Source: an uncultured Spirochaetales bacterium (lineage in GTDB: Bacteria; Myxococcota_A; UBA9160; UBA6930). From it: DNA of 64,000 nt. The notes under the pieces are model-generated. The model ran no database searches. It saw only the letters and a program-made list of their open reading frames with translations, and had not been told where the DNA came from. The stretch's first letter is position 1. The number at the start of each line of letters is the position of its first letter. Positions 8,311 through 17,526 of this stretch are shown here, one piece after another. The DNA is taken from positions 21,761 to 85,760 of the forward strand of contig CAYWRY010000001.1 in assembly GCA_964460485.1 (NCBI GenBank), in the 5' to 3' direction. The translations under genes and the position numbers were made by a program.

Positions 8311-9933
8311 ATGTCGCACACGCAGATTCTGTTCCGCGACCAGGCCCGCGCGCGGATCCTCGCCGGCGCCGCGCTGCTGGCCGACGCCGTGCGGCCGACG
8401 CTCGGTCCGAAAAGCCGCTGCGTGCTGATCGACAAGAAGTGGGGCACGCCACTGGTCTGCGACGACGGCGTCACGATCGCGAAGGAGATCAACCTGAAAG
8501 ATCCCGAGGAGAACCTCGGCGTGCGCATGCTGCGCCAGGCTTCGGTGCGCACCGGCGACGCGGTCGGCGACGGCACGACCACCTCGACGCTGCTCGCCCA
8601 CGCGATCTTCGCGGAGGGGCTGCGCAACGTGGTCGCGGGGGCGAGCGCCATCGACCTGAAGCGCGGGCTCGAGCGCGGGCTCGCGGCGGCGGTGGAGGCG
8701 CTGCGGGGGCTCTCGAAGCCGGTGAGCAGCGCGAGGGAGAAGGCGCAGGTGGCGACCATCTCCGCCCACAACAATCCGGCGATCGGGAACCTCGTCGCGG
8801 AGGCGCTCGAGAAGGTGGGCGGCGAGGGCATCGTCACCGTCGAGGAGGCGAAGGGCACCGAGACGACGCTCGAGGTCGTCGAGGGCATGCAGTTCGATCG
8901 CGGCTTCCTGTCGCCCTACTTCGTCACGGATCCCCAGAAGCTCGAGGCGGTGCTGGTCGACCCGCTGATCCTGCTCCACGACAAGCGCATCGCGACCATG
9001 AAGGACCTGGTGCCGCTGCTCGAGCGCGTGGTGCGCAACGGCCGCTCGCTCTTGATCGTCGCCGAAGAGGTCGAAGGCGAGGCGCTCGCGACGCTGGTGG
9101 TGAACAAGCTGCGCGGCGCGCTGAGCTGCCTCGCCGTGAAGGCGCCCGGCTTCGGCGACCGCCGCAAGGCGATGCTCCAGGACATGGCGATCCTGACGGG
9201 CGGCAAGGTGATCTCCGACGAGGTCGGCCTCAAGCTCGAGAACGTGGATCTCAGCGACCTCGGCTCCGCCAAGAAGGTGGTGGCCAACCAAGAGGCCACC
9301 ACGCTGATCGACGGCGCGGGCGCGAAGGAGCTGATCGAGGCGCGCTGCACGGAGCTGCGCAAGCAGATCGACGAGTCGAAGTCGGACTACGACAAGGAGA
9401 AGCTGCAAGAGCGGCTCGCGAAGCTCGCGGGCGGCGTGGCGGTGATTCGCGTGGGCGCTCCGTCGGAATCCGAGATGAAGAACCGCAAGGACGCGTTCGA
9501 CGACGCGATCGCCTCCACGAAGGCCGCCATCGCCGAAGGCATCGTGCCGGGCGGCGGCCTGCCGCTGCTGCGCATCGCGGAGGCGGTGCTGCGCGAGGAG
9601 AAGAAGTGCGAGGGCGACGAGGCGACCGGACTGCGCATCCTGCGCAGCGCACTGGAAGCGCCCGCGCGCCAGATCGCGCTCAACTCCGGTGCGGACGCCG
9701 GCGTGGTCGTGGACCGTCTGCGCAGCGGCAGCGGCGCGTTCGGCTTCGACGCGCGCCACGGGGACTACGTCGATCTCGTGGAGGCGGGCATCATCGACCC
9801 GACCAAGGTCGTGCGCATCGCGCTGGAGAACGCGGTCTCGGTGGCGGGTACGCTGCTGCTGGCGGAAGCCACGCTCACCGAAATCGAGGACGACAAGAAG
9901 GAAGGGCAGCCCGAGCTGCCGGCGGGGATGTGA
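8311..9933 (+). CDS. groEL: chaperonin GroEL (divergent, no adjacent groES)
   Basis: C-terminal 540 aa of ORF 7786..9933. GGAGGAG lies upstream of the ATG at 8311. Contains [30 protein letters not shown] and [15 protein letters not shown]. The C-terminus ends [10 protein letters not shown] without a GGM repeat. Confidence 0.9.
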   Translation: MSHTQILFRDQARARILAGAALLADAVRPTLGPKSRCVLIDKKWGTPLVCDDGVTIAKEINLKDPEENLGVRMLRQASVRTGDAVGDGTTTSTLLAHAIFAEGLRNVVAGASAIDLKRGLERGLAAAVEALRGLSKPVSSAREKAQVATISAHNNPAIGNLVAEALEKVGGEGIVTVEEAKGTETTLEVVEGMQFDRGFLSPYFVTDPQKLEAVLVDPLILLHDKRIATMKDLVPLLERVVRNGRSLLIVAEEVEGEALATLVVNKLRGALSCLAVKAPGFGDRRKAMLQDMAILTGGKVISDEVGLKLENVDLSDLGSAKKVVANQEATTLIDGAGAKELIEARCTELRKQIDESKSDYDKEKLQERLAKLAGGVAVIRVGAPSESEMKNRKDAFDDAIASTKAAIAEGIVPGGGLPLLRIAEAVLREEKKCEGDEATGLRILRSALEAPARQIALNSGADAGVVVDRLRSGSGAFGFDARHGDYVDLVEAGIIDPTKVVRIALENAVSVAGTLLLAEATLTEIEDDKKEGQPELPAGM

Positions 9934-9937
9934 CGCC

Positions 9938-10471
9938 ATGGAGATTCACTGGCGCAACGCGAAAGAGCTCTCGGGCGACGTGCGCGCGAAGGCGGAGGAG
10001 CAGCTCGCGAAGCTCGCCGAGCATCATCGCGACATGATCGACCTGACCGTCGACGTGGAGCGCAAGAGCGCGCATCACAAGCTGGGCAAACGCCGCGTCG
10101 AGATCCGTTGCCAGGCGCGCGGGACGAACCTTGTCGCGAACGGCGAGGCCGACGAGCTCGGGCTCGCGCTGCGCGACGCTCTGCGCACCTTCCGGCGCGA
10201 AGTCGAGAAGCTGCGGGACCGGCGCCGCGACGCGCGCGCCGAGCGCCCGGCCGAGCCGCCGCTGCGCGGCGTGATCGATCGCGTGGAGCGCGCGGGCGGC
10301 TTCGGCTTCCTCATCACCGACGCCGGCGAGCGCGTCTACTTCCACCGCAACGCGGTGGGCGGCGGGCTCGACTTCGATCGCCTCGAGGGCGGCGAGACCG
10401 TGGCCTTGAACTACGAAGCCGGCGGCGAGGGCCTGCAAGCCACGTTCGTGCGCTCGCTCGAGCCGGGCTGA
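9938..10471 (+). CDS. HPF/RaiA-like ribosome-associated domain fused to a cold-shock (CSD) domain
   Basis: C-terminal 177 aa of ORF 9689..10471. The ATG is 5 nt after the groEL stop. N-terminal MEIHWRN..VRAKAEEQLAKLAEHHRDMIDLTVDVE...VEIRCQARGTNLVANGEADELGLALRDALRTFRREVEKLRD follows the HPF/YfiA pattern. C-terminal GVIDRVERAGGFGFLITDAGERVYFHRNAV...GETVALNYEAGGEGLQATFV follows the CspA pattern. Confidence 0.75.
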   Translation: MEIHWRNAKELSGDVRAKAEEQLAKLAEHHRDMIDLTVDVERKSAHHKLGKRRVEIRCQARGTNLVANGEADELGLALRDALRTFRREVEKLRDRRRDARAERPAEPPLRGVIDRVERAGGFGFLITDAGERVYFHRNAVGGGLDFDRLEGGETVALNYEAGGEGLQATFVRSLEPG

Positions 10472-10707
10472 GCGCGGCGCTCTGGAGTCCCGTGGGCTGC
10501 GCCACCCGGTCACGCGGCGACCGTCTGCTCCGGCACCAGCCGAATGCGGCGCTCGTCGACCATGCGCGCGAGCACGGCGGCGAAGCCGCGGAGCGCGGGC
10601 CCGTCACCGAGTGGGCGAGCGGTTCGGCCGCGTTCGCGCGGCACACCGTCGTCGCCTCGCGCGTGCCCGCGACGATCGAGGACGTGCGCGCGCGCGGAGG
10701 GCCTGGC

Positions 10708-11262
10708 GTGAGGGGCGGAGTCGTGACGGCTGCCCTGTGCGCAATGCTGGCCTGCGCGGCGCCGCTCGGTCCCGTGCGCGAGGCAGCGGCCCGCGAGCGC
10801 GGCGCCGCGGCGATAGCGCCGTTCAAGCAGCGCCTGCTCGCCGAGCTCACCGCGGCGCTCGCGAGCGGCGGCGCCGAGAACGCGCTCGACGTGTGCCGTC
10901 TGCGCGCGCCGGCGCTCGCGCGCGAGGTGAGCACTGCGGCGGCGCGCGTGGGGCGCACGAGCCACAAGCTGCGCAATCCCGACAACGCGCCGCCCGCGTG
11001 GGCGGCGCCGCTGCTCGCGAGTTACGTGGCGGGCGAGCGCACGAACGAGTCGAGCGTCGTTCCGCTGCGCCGCGGCGGCGCCGGCTACGTCGAGCCGATC
11101 TTCACGGGTCCGCTCTGCCTGACTTGTCACGGCGAGCAAATCGCGCCGTCGCTCAGGGCGAAGCTGAGCGCGCTCTATCCCGAGGATCGCGCCACCGGCT
11201 TCCGCGCGGGAGAGCTGCGCGGGCTCTTCTGGGTCGAGCTCGCCGCGGAGGACACGCCCTGA
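10708..11262 (+). CDS. DUF3365 (Tll0287-like) c-type-heme periplasmic domain protein
   Basis: ORF 10108..11262. GTG at 10708 sits 7 nt after GGAGG, but the start is uncertain. Signal-like VVTAALCAMLACAAP, a CLTCHG heme-c motif and GELRGLFWVEL. Confidence 0.65.
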   Translation: MRGGVVTAALCAMLACAAPLGPVREAAARERGAAAIAPFKQRLLAELTAALASGGAENALDVCRLRAPALAREVSTAAARVGRTSHKLRNPDNAPPAWAAPLLASYVAGERTNESSVVPLRRGGAGYVEPIFTGPLCLTCHGEQIAPSLRAKLSALYPEDRATGFRAGELRGLFWVELAAEDTP

Positions 11263-11313
11263 TTCTCGCTCGGCGTGTGCGGCCGGAGCAGCCGCGTGCC
11301 CGCCGCGAAGCTC

Positions 11314-11784
11314 TCACTCGCGCTTCGCCAGCCGCACGATCTTCGGGAGCGCGAGCCTCCTCCAGTCGGCGAAGCGCATGCGCACCGCTTCGTCGTGGGT
11401 GCCGCCGTTGAAGGTGATCTGCTCGTCTTGCTCGAGCGCCTCGCTCGCGTAGACGGGAAGGTCGTAGAGCACGCCGAAAGGCGGCGCGGCGCCCGGCTCG
11501 CAGTCGGGGCAGAGCGTCTTCAGGTCCGTCTCGGTCGCGACGCGGACCTGTTTCGCGCCGAGCGCCTTGCGCAGCTTCGAGGGCGCCAGGTGCTCGTTCG
11601 CCGGCATCACCGCCATCGCCGGCTTGCCGTCGATCCACACGAACACCGTCTTCGCGAACGCTTGCAGCGGCGTGAAGGTGTCGAGCGCCGTCTTCGCGGC
11701 GTGGAAGTCGCGGCGGTGATGGATCTGCGTGTAGTCGACACCCGCGGCGTCGAGCAGCTGCTGGAGTCGGCCGAGTCCGGACAT
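11314..11784 (-). CDS. YbaK/EbsC-like aminoacyl-tRNA deacylase domain protein
   Basis: C-terminal 156 aa of ORF 11314..11973. MSGLGRLQQLLDAAGVDYTQIHH...AKTVFVWIDGKPAMAVMPANEHLAPSKLRKALGA...FNGGTHDEAVRM, with GGAGG upstream. Confidence 0.65.
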   Translation of the reverse strand: MSGLGRLQQLLDAAGVDYTQIHHRRDFHAAKTALDTFTPLQAFAKTVFVWIDGKPAMAVMPANEHLAPSKLRKALGAKQVRVATETDLKTLCPDCEPGAAPPFGVLYDLPVYASEALEQDEQITFNGGTHDEAVRMRFADWRRLALPKIVRLAKRE

Positions 11785-11806
11785 GGCACCTCCCCGGGGT
11801 TTCTCC

Positions 11807-12919
11807 CTAATAGATCGACCAGCGACGCACACCCATCGCGCGCGCCACGCGCGCGAGCGCGAGCTCTTCGGCCGCGGCGTGCGGCGTCGCGCGGCTCTCG
11901 CGCGCGGCGACGAGCACGGCCTCCGTGTTCGCTCGGATGCGCTCCTCGATCGCCGCGAACGCCTGGCTCTCACTCGCCCCGTGATGCTCGGCGGAGGCGC
12001 AGATCACGCCGCCGGCGTTGGCGATGAAGTCGGGCAGCACGACCACGCCGCGCTGGGCGAGCGCGACCTCGGCGTCCGCCGTCACGGCGATGTTCGCGCC
12101 GGGCGCGACGACGCGCGCGCGCAGGCGGCCGGCGTCGGCGCCTCGAATCGCGTCGGGCCGCGCGGCCGGGATCCAGATCTCGCAGTCGAGGGCGAGCAGG
12201 GCCGCCGCGGAGACCGGCTTCGCGCCCGCGAACTCCGCCACCGCACGCCCGCTGCGCTTCCACGCGATCAGCGCCTCCACATCGAGGCCGCCGGCGTGCG
12301 CGATCGCGCCCTTCGAGTCGGCCGCGCCCACCAGCACCGCACCCGCGCGGGCGAGCTGCCGCGCCGCGTGAATGCCCACCGAGCCGAAGCCCTGCACGAC
12401 GAAGCGCGCGCCCGCGAGGGCAAAGCCGGCGTGCTGCGCCGCGATCTCCACCGCGTGGCGCAGGCCGAAACCGGTAGCCCCCAGCTCGTCGAGCGGGATG
12501 CCGCCCAGCTCGCGCGGCAGGCCGACCGCGCGGCCGATCTCGTCGCGCACCCAGGCCATGCAAGCTTCGTCGGTGCCCATGTCGGGGCCGAAGATGTAGT
12601 CGCGCTCGCCGCGCAGCGCGCAGGCGAAGGCGCGCACGAGCGCCTCCTTCTGGGCGCGCGGCATGTGCGGATCGCCGACCAGCACCGACTTGCCGCCGCC
12701 GTGGGGCAGGCCGGCAGCCGCGTTCTTCAGCGTCATCGCGCGCGCGAGGCGGAAGCATTCATCGAGGCTCGCGTCCGGCGCGATGCGCAGCCCGCCGATC
12801 GACGGTCCCGCCGCCACGTTGTCGACCACCAGGATCCCGCGCAGCCCGAGCTTCGGCTGCTGGACGTGGATCACCTTGGCAGGGCCCCACGCGTCGGCGA
12901 GCGCGAACGGGTCGCTCAC
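11807..12919 (-). CDS. Glu/Leu/Phe/Val dehydrogenase family protein
   Basis: C-terminal 370 aa of ORF 11807..13039. GTG at 12919 with GGAGG upstream. Contains the GLPHGGGKSVL catalytic-Lys motif and an NAD fold VVQGFGSVG. Confidence 0.85.
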   Translation of the reverse strand: MSDPFALADAWGPAKVIHVQQPKLGLRGILVVDNVAAGPSIGGLRIAPDASLDECFRLARAMTLKNAAAGLPHGGGKSVLVGDPHMPRAQKEALVRAFACALRGERDYIFGPDMGTDEACMAWVRDEIGRAVGLPRELGGIPLDELGATGFGLRHAVEIAAQHAGFALAGARFVVQGFGSVGIHAARQLARAGAVLVGAADSKGAIAHAGGLDVEALIAWKRSGRAVAEFAGAKPVSAAALLALDCEIWIPAARPDAIRGADAGRLRARVVAPGANIAVTADAEVALAQRGVVVLPDFIANAGGVICASAEHHGASESQAFAAIEERIRANTEAVLVAARESRATPHAAAEELALARVARAMGVRRWSIY

Positions 12920-12946
12920 TTCACGGCGCCTCCGCGCCCGCGATAG

Positions 12947-12962
12947 AGCAAGGCCCGTTCCA
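12947..12962 (-). promoter_or_regulatory. sigma-54 promoter candidate for the dehydrogenase-ybaK-like operon
   Basis: Minus strand reads TGGAACGGGCCTTGCT with exact spacing and a perfect -12 TTGCT. There are 28 nt to the GTG at 12919. Confidence 0.55.
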
Positions 12963-13105
12963 ACGCGCACGTCTCCTCGCGTCCGCGAGCCGCGCGCTTC
13001 TGCGGTCGATGGCGGGCAGTCTCCGCTGCGACGCCCCAAACTGAGTCACAGTGCCACGCTCGATCCGGGCCCCGGACGCCAAGCGGTTATCCGCCGCCGG
13101 CCGCG

Positions 13106-13121
13106 CGGCACGTCGCTTGCT
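13106..13121 (+). promoter_or_regulatory. sigma-54 promoter candidate for the APH/AAA kinase gene
   Basis: CGGCACGTCGCTTGCT, a near-consensus GGCACG-N4-TTGCT. There are 28 nt to the ATG at 13149, with GGGAGG in between. Confidence 0.7.
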
Positions 13122-13148
13122 GACCGGACGGAAGGGAGGCGCGGCGCG

Positions 13149-14837
13149 ATGTCCGAGGACGGCCTGACTCCCGCCCAGCTCGCCTCGCTCGCGACCGCCG
13201 CCGCGTACCCGGGCGACCCGAGCGCCGCGGGCGGCGTGCGCTGGATCCAGACGCATCTCTCCCACGTGTTCCTGACGAGCGATCGCGTCTACAAGCTGCG
13301 CAAGGCGACGCGCCTCTCGTTCGTGGACTTCGCTGCGCGCGCCGAGCGCAACGCCGACTGCCTGCGCGAGGTCGCACTGAACCGCCGACTGGCGCCGGAC
13401 GTGTACCTCGGCGTCGCGCCGGTGCGCGCGGCGGGGCAGCGGGTCGAGATCGGCCCGGTCGGCGAGGCCCTCGTGCCGGGCTGCGAGCACGTGGTCGTGA
13501 TGCGGCGGCTGCCGGAAGGCGCCGACGCGCTCTCGCGGCTCGAGCGCGGCGCGCTCGGCGCGCGAGATCTCGACCTCGTCGCCGCGCGCATCGCGGCCTT
13601 CCACGCCGCGCACGGTCTCGGTGCACCAGCGCCCTTCGCGGCGGCGGAGTGGGCGTCGCGCGTCGCGGCGCCGATGCGAGGGAACGTGGCGTCGCTGCGC
13701 GAGTCGGCGCGCGTGCGGGTCGCCGCGAGCGCGGAGGTGGAGGCCCTCGCCGCGGAGACCGAGCGCGCGATCGCCGCGCACGCCGGGGCGATCGAGCGCA
13801 GGCGCTGCGAGGGCCGCGCGGTCGAGGGCCACGGCGACCTCCACCTCCAGCACGTCTGGTTCGAGGCGTCGCCTGACAGCCCAGACGCGCCGCCACGCCT
13901 CTCGCTGATCGACTGCCTCGAGTTCAAGGAAGAATGGCGCCAGATCGACGCCGCGAGCGAGGTGGCGTTCCTGGCCATGGATCTCGCGTACCGCGGCGCT
14001 CGCCCGCTCGGCGAGCGCTTCCTGCGCAAGTACGCCGCGCTGCGCGACGACTTCGGCCTCTACGACGTCGTGGACTTCTTCGTCGCCTATCGCGCCGCCG
14101 TGCGCGCGAAGGTGGCCGCCTTGGCGGCCTGTGATCCCGCGATCGCGCCGGGGCAGCGCGAGCGCGCCGTGGAGAGCGCGGCGCGACACCTGGCGCTCGC
14201 GCGCGAAGCGCTGCGGCCGCCCGCGGCTGCGCCGCTGCTCGTCGTGTGCGGCAGCGTGGGCACGGGCAAGAGCACCCTCGCGGAGGAACTCGCCGACGCG
14301 ACCGGCGGCGCTGTCGTCTCGTCGGACCGCACGCGCAAGGCGCTCGCGGGCATCGCTCCCGAGAGCCGCGCGCAGGCGCGCGCGGGCGCTCCGCTCTACG
14401 CCGACGCCGTGACCGACCGCGTCTACGCCGCGCTGCTGGAGCGCGCCGCCCCCGTGCTCGGCTCGGGGCGCGCCGCCGTGCTCGACGCCACGTTCGCGCG
14501 CGCGAAGCACCGCCTGGCCGCGCGCGACTTCGCCGCGGCGCGCGGCGTTCGCGCGCTGCTGGTCGAGGCGACCTGCGACGAGGCCGTCGCGCGCGAGCGC
14601 GTCGCCCGCCGCGCCGCGCTCGGTGCCGATCCTTCCGATGCAGGACCCGAACGCGTCGCGCCGAGTCGCGCGGCCTTCGAGCCGATCCGCGAATGGCCCG
14701 CCGCAGACCGACTCTCGGTCCGGACGGATTCCGGCACGGCGGACGAGCGAGCTGCGGCCCTACGGATTTGGGTCGAGGCGCATTCGGCTGGGCGCCCGCC
14801 AGATCCTCCGGCCGGCGCGCGGGCTCCTTTCGCCTGA
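13149..14837 (+). CDS. bifunctional aminoglycoside-phosphotransferase-like / P-loop (AAA) ATP-binding protein
   Basis: C-terminal 562 aa of ORF 12663..14837. The APH-type kinase motif HGDLHLQHVWF and IDCLEF are followed by a P-loop, VCGSVGTGKSTLA. Confidence 0.8.
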   Translation: MSEDGLTPAQLASLATAAAYPGDPSAAGGVRWIQTHLSHVFLTSDRVYKLRKATRLSFVDFAARAERNADCLREVALNRRLAPDVYLGVAPVRAAGQRVEIGPVGEALVPGCEHVVVMRRLPEGADALSRLERGALGARDLDLVAARIAAFHAAHGLGAPAPFAAAEWASRVAAPMRGNVASLRESARVRVAASAEVEALAAETERAIAAHAGAIERRRCEGRAVEGHGDLHLQHVWFEASPDSPDAPPRLSLIDCLEFKEEWRQIDAASEVAFLAMDLAYRGARPLGERFLRKYAALRDDFGLYDVVDFFVAYRAAVRAKVAALAACDPAIAPGQRERAVESAARHLALAREALRPPAAAPLLVVCGSVGTGKSTLAEELADATGGAVVSSDRTRKALAGIAPESRAQARAGAPLYADAVTDRVYAALLERAAPVLGSGRAAVLDATFARAKHRLAARDFAAARGVRALLVEATCDEAVARERVARRAALGADPSDAGPERVAPSRAAFEPIREWPAADRLSVRTDSGTADERAAALRIWVEAHSAGRPPDPPAGARAPFA

Positions 14838-14839
14838 AC

Positions 14840-14855
14840 GGGCACGCGGGATGCA
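14840..14855 (+). promoter_or_regulatory. sigma-54 promoter candidate for cfa-oxidoreductase
   Basis: GGGCACGCGGGATGCA (GGCACG-N4-ATGCA), starting 3 nt after the upstream stop. There are 50 nt to the ATG at 14905, with GGAGGGGAGG in between. Confidence 0.5.
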
Positions 14856-14904
14856 GATAGGCTGTGCGGGCAGGGGGTGGCGAGGACGCAGGAGGGGAGG
14901 TCCG

Positions 14905-16104
14905 ATGGCTCGGTTCCCAATGGCCCCACTCGCAAAGGCATGCGCCGCACGCATCCACCGCGCGCTCGGGAGCCCGCCGCTCCGCATGGAGCTGCCGGCA
15001 GGCGAGGCGGTGGGCCCTCCCGCCGGAGCGGCGGTCGCAACCCTGCGCTTCCGCGACCTGCGCGCGCCCCTCGCCCTGGCGCTGGATCCGGACTTCGCGC
15101 TCGGCGAGCTCTACGCGCGCGGCCGGATCGAGGTCGACGGATCGCTCGTCGAGCTGCTCTGTCTCACCGACCGCGTGCCCACCGGCACGGGTCCGCTCGG
15201 CCGACTGCTCGCGCGGCGCTCGCCGCCGGGCGCGTCGCGCCAGGCGCTCGGGCGGGCGGCCGGCAACGCGCGCCGTCATTACGACGTGGGCAACGAGTTC
15301 TACGCGCTCTGGCTCGACGAGCGCATGGTCTACACCTGCGCGTACTTCGCGCAGCCGGGCATGACGCTCGAGGAAGCGCAGCTCGCGAAGCTCGACCACG
15401 TCTGCCGCAAGCTGCGGCTGCGTCCGGATCAGCGCGTGCTCGAGCTCGGCTCCGGCTGGGGCGCCCTCGCGATCCACATGGCACGCCGCTTCGGGGCGCG
15501 CGTGCGCGCCTTCAATGTTTCGCTCGAGCAGGTGAGCTGGGCGCGCGAGCAGGCGGAGAAGCAGGGCGTGGCCTCGCGCGTGGAGTTCGTGCTCGACGAC
15601 TACCGAAACGCGGCAGGCCGATACGACGCGCTCGCCTCGGTGGGCATGCTCGAGCACGTGGGCCCGGCCCACTACGAGGAGCTGGGGCGCGTGATCGCGC
15701 GAACGCTCGCGCCCGAGGGGCTCGGGCTCATCCACACGATCGGGCGCTCGCGCCCGCAGCCGCTCAACCGCTGGGTCGCGACGCGCGTCTTCCCGAACGC
15801 CCATCCGCCGTCGCTCTCCGAGATGATGCGCATCTTCGAGCCGCAGGACTTCGCCGTGCTCGACGTCGAGAATCTGCGCCTCCACTACGAGCGAACCGCG
15901 ACCGAGTGGCTCGCACGCTACCAGCGCAATCGGCGCTTGATCGCCGAGCGCGTGCCGGAGGAGACGGCGCGCGGCTTCGAACTCTATCTCGCCGGCACCG
16001 TCGCCGCGTTCCGCTGCGCGTGGATGTGCCTCTATCAGGTCGTGTTCACGCGCGCGAAGAACGCGGCGATTCCGTGGACGCGCGCCGACCTCTACAGCCA
16101 CTAG
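14905..16104 (+). CDS. cfa: cyclopropane-fatty-acyl-phospholipid synthase family SAM methyltransferase
   Basis: C-terminal 399 aa of ORF 14623..16104. Contains HYDVGNEFYALWLD, YTCAYF, the SAM motif VLELGSGWG and MLEHVG. Confidence 0.85.
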   Translation: MARFPMAPLAKACAARIHRALGSPPLRMELPAGEAVGPPAGAAVATLRFRDLRAPLALALDPDFALGELYARGRIEVDGSLVELLCLTDRVPTGTGPLGRLLARRSPPGASRQALGRAAGNARRHYDVGNEFYALWLDERMVYTCAYFAQPGMTLEEAQLAKLDHVCRKLRLRPDQRVLELGSGWGALAIHMARRFGARVRAFNVSLEQVSWAREQAEKQGVASRVEFVLDDYRNAAGRYDALASVGMLEHVGPAHYEELGRVIARTLAPEGLGLIHTIGRSRPQPLNRWVATRVFPNAHPPSLSEMMRIFEPQDFAVLDVENLRLHYERTATEWLARYQRNRRLIAERVPEETARGFELYLAGTVAAFRCAWMCLYQVVFTRAKNAAIPWTRADLYSH

Positions 16105-16114
16105 GGCCGGGTTC

Positions 16115-17218
16115 GTGGAGCGCGTGGACGTGCTGATCGTCGGCGGCGGCCCCGCCGGGTCGTCGCTCGCGTTTGGGCTGCGCGGCAGCGGGCTGCGCGT
16201 GCGCGTGATGGACCGCGCGCGCTTCCCGCGCGACAAGACCTGCGCCGGCTGGGTGACGCCGGCAGTGTGGAGCGCGCTGGGAATCGATCCCGCCGCGTAC
16301 GCGGCCGCGGGCCGCACGCTCCAGCCGATCCGCGGCTTCGAGATTCGCCGCATGGGCGACGCACCCGCCCGCGCCCGCAGCGACGCGGTCGTCAGCCACG
16401 GAATCCGCCGCTGCGAGCTCGACGCTTTCCTCCTCGCGCGCTGCGGGGCCGAGCTGCGTCTCGGCGAGGGCGTGCGCGCGATCGAGCGAGCCGCGGACGG
16501 CTGGAGCGTGAACGGCGAGGTCCATTCGCGCCTCGTCGTCGGCGCGGGAGGTCATTTCTGTCCGGTGGCCCGAGCGCTGCAGGCCGGGCAGCCCAAGGAG
16601 CAGCCGATCGCGGCGCAGGAGCTGGAGCTGCCGATCTCCGCGGACGAGATCCGCGCGATCGGCGTCGACGCGGAGCTGCCGGAGATCCAGTTCACGCGCG
16701 ACCTCGCCGGCTACGCGTGGGTGTTTCGCAAGGGCGACTACTTGAACGTCGGGCTCGGGCGCCGCGGAGGCACGAGCGTCGGCGCCGAGCTGCGCGCTTT
16801 CCTGCGCGCGCGCGGGCTGCCGGAAGCGTGGAGCGGCGCCGTGAGAGGTCACGCGTACCTCACGTACGGCTCGACGCGCCGCCCGCTCGTGCGCGAGCGC
16901 GTCGCGCTCGTTGGAGACGCCGCCGGCCTCGCCTATCCGAAGAGCGGGGAAGGGATCCGGCCGGCGGTGGAGTCGGGCTTGTTGCTGGCGCGCGCGATCG
17001 CGCGCGCTGGCGACCCGGGCGATCCGCGCGCGCTCGCCGCCTACGAGCGCGCGCTGCTCGCGCGCTTCGGCGTGCGCGGCGACGGCGCAGCCCAGGGCGG
17101 CGTTGCGCGCTGGGAGGCTGCGGTCGCCGGGCGGCTCTTCGCGAGCCGCTGGTTCGCGCGGCGCGTGGTGGTGGACCGCTGGTTCCTGAACGCGGGGCAG
17201 GCTGCGCTCGCGGCCTAG
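16115..17218 (+). CDS. geranylgeranyl-reductase-family FAD-dependent oxidoreductase
   Basis: Full ORF, 367 aa, GTG start. Contains DVLIVGGGPAGSS, CAGWV and LVGDAAGLAYPKSGEGI. Confidence 0.8.
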   Translation: MERVDVLIVGGGPAGSSLAFGLRGSGLRVRVMDRARFPRDKTCAGWVTPAVWSALGIDPAAYAAAGRTLQPIRGFEIRRMGDAPARARSDAVVSHGIRRCELDAFLLARCGAELRLGEGVRAIERAADGWSVNGEVHSRLVVGAGGHFCPVARALQAGQPKEQPIAAQELELPISADEIRAIGVDAELPEIQFTRDLAGYAWVFRKGDYLNVGLGRRGGTSVGAELRAFLRARGLPEAWSGAVRGHAYLTYGSTRRPLVRERVALVGDAAGLAYPKSGEGIRPAVESGLLLARAIARAGDPGDPRALAAYERALLARFGVRGDGAAQGGVARWEAAVAGRLFASRWFARRVVVDRWFLNAGQAALAA

Positions 17219-17243
17219 CGTGGTCGGCGATCGCTCGAGCGCC

Positions 17244-17265
17244 CTCGGCGCGCCGCGCCGCCGAG
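17244..17265. terminator. hairpin between convergent genes (possible bidirectional terminator)
   Basis: CTCGGCG-cgccgcgc-CGCCGAG: 7-bp stem, 8-nt loop, no U tract. Lies between the stop at 17218 (+) and the stop at 17281 (-). Confidence 0.3.
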
Positions 17266-17280
17266 CGCGTCGGCACGCGC

Positions 17281-17526
17281 TCAGCGGGCGCGCGCAGCGA
17301 CGTAGGCCGCCGCTGCGTCGAGCGTCGCGACCTGCGCGTAGTCCGACTCCGGTACGTCGACGCCCGTGCGCTCGTGGATGGCGACGAGGGCGTTCAGGAA
17401 GTCCAGCGAGTCGATGTCGAGCTGCTCGCGAAGGTCGGCGCGCGGGTCGACGGCCGAGAAGTCCACCTCCGGCGCGTAGCGCGCGAAGACCTCGCACAGG
17501 AGCGCGCGCGCCTCGGAGTTCGTCAT
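17281..17526 (-). CDS. acyl carrier protein (phosphopantetheine-binding)
   Basis: C-terminal 81 aa of ORF 17281..17670. ATGA overlap with the E2 stop. Contains the DIDSLDFLNALVAI Ser attachment motif. Confidence 0.8.
   Translation of the reverse strand: MTNSEARALLCEVFARYAPEVDFSAVDPRADLREQLDIDSLDFLNALVAIHERTGVDVPESDYAQVATLDAAAAYVAARAR

Noticed and set aside
10531-10548. CGGCACCAGCCGAATGC upstream of the DUF3365 gene, considered as a possible sigma-54 site.
   Set aside because: The TGC element is two positions too far from the GG. No correctly spaced site was found in the 10472..10707 gap, so this gene is left without a promoter call.
10472-10707. A 236-bp gap between the HPF-CSD gene and the DUF3365 gene. 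The tail of minus ORF 10510..11139 (...FAAVLARMVDERRIRLVPEQTVAA) looks faintly protein-like.
   Set aside because: The rest of that ORF is Arg-rich noise and overlaps the DUF3365 gene. I found no start/RBS combination or motif to support a gene or a gene remnant.
13924-16353. Long antisense or out-of-frame ORFs of 400-970 aa. Examples are 13924..16353(-), 25337..28261(-), 50666..53275(-), 51145..54063(+), 38676..41117(-), 16046..17581(-) and 5154..6848(-).
   Set aside because: Their translations are dominated by R/A/P/G runs with no recognisable motifs. Each overlaps a gene on another frame or strand that has clear family signatures. Stop-codon scarcity in roughly 70% GC DNA explains them.
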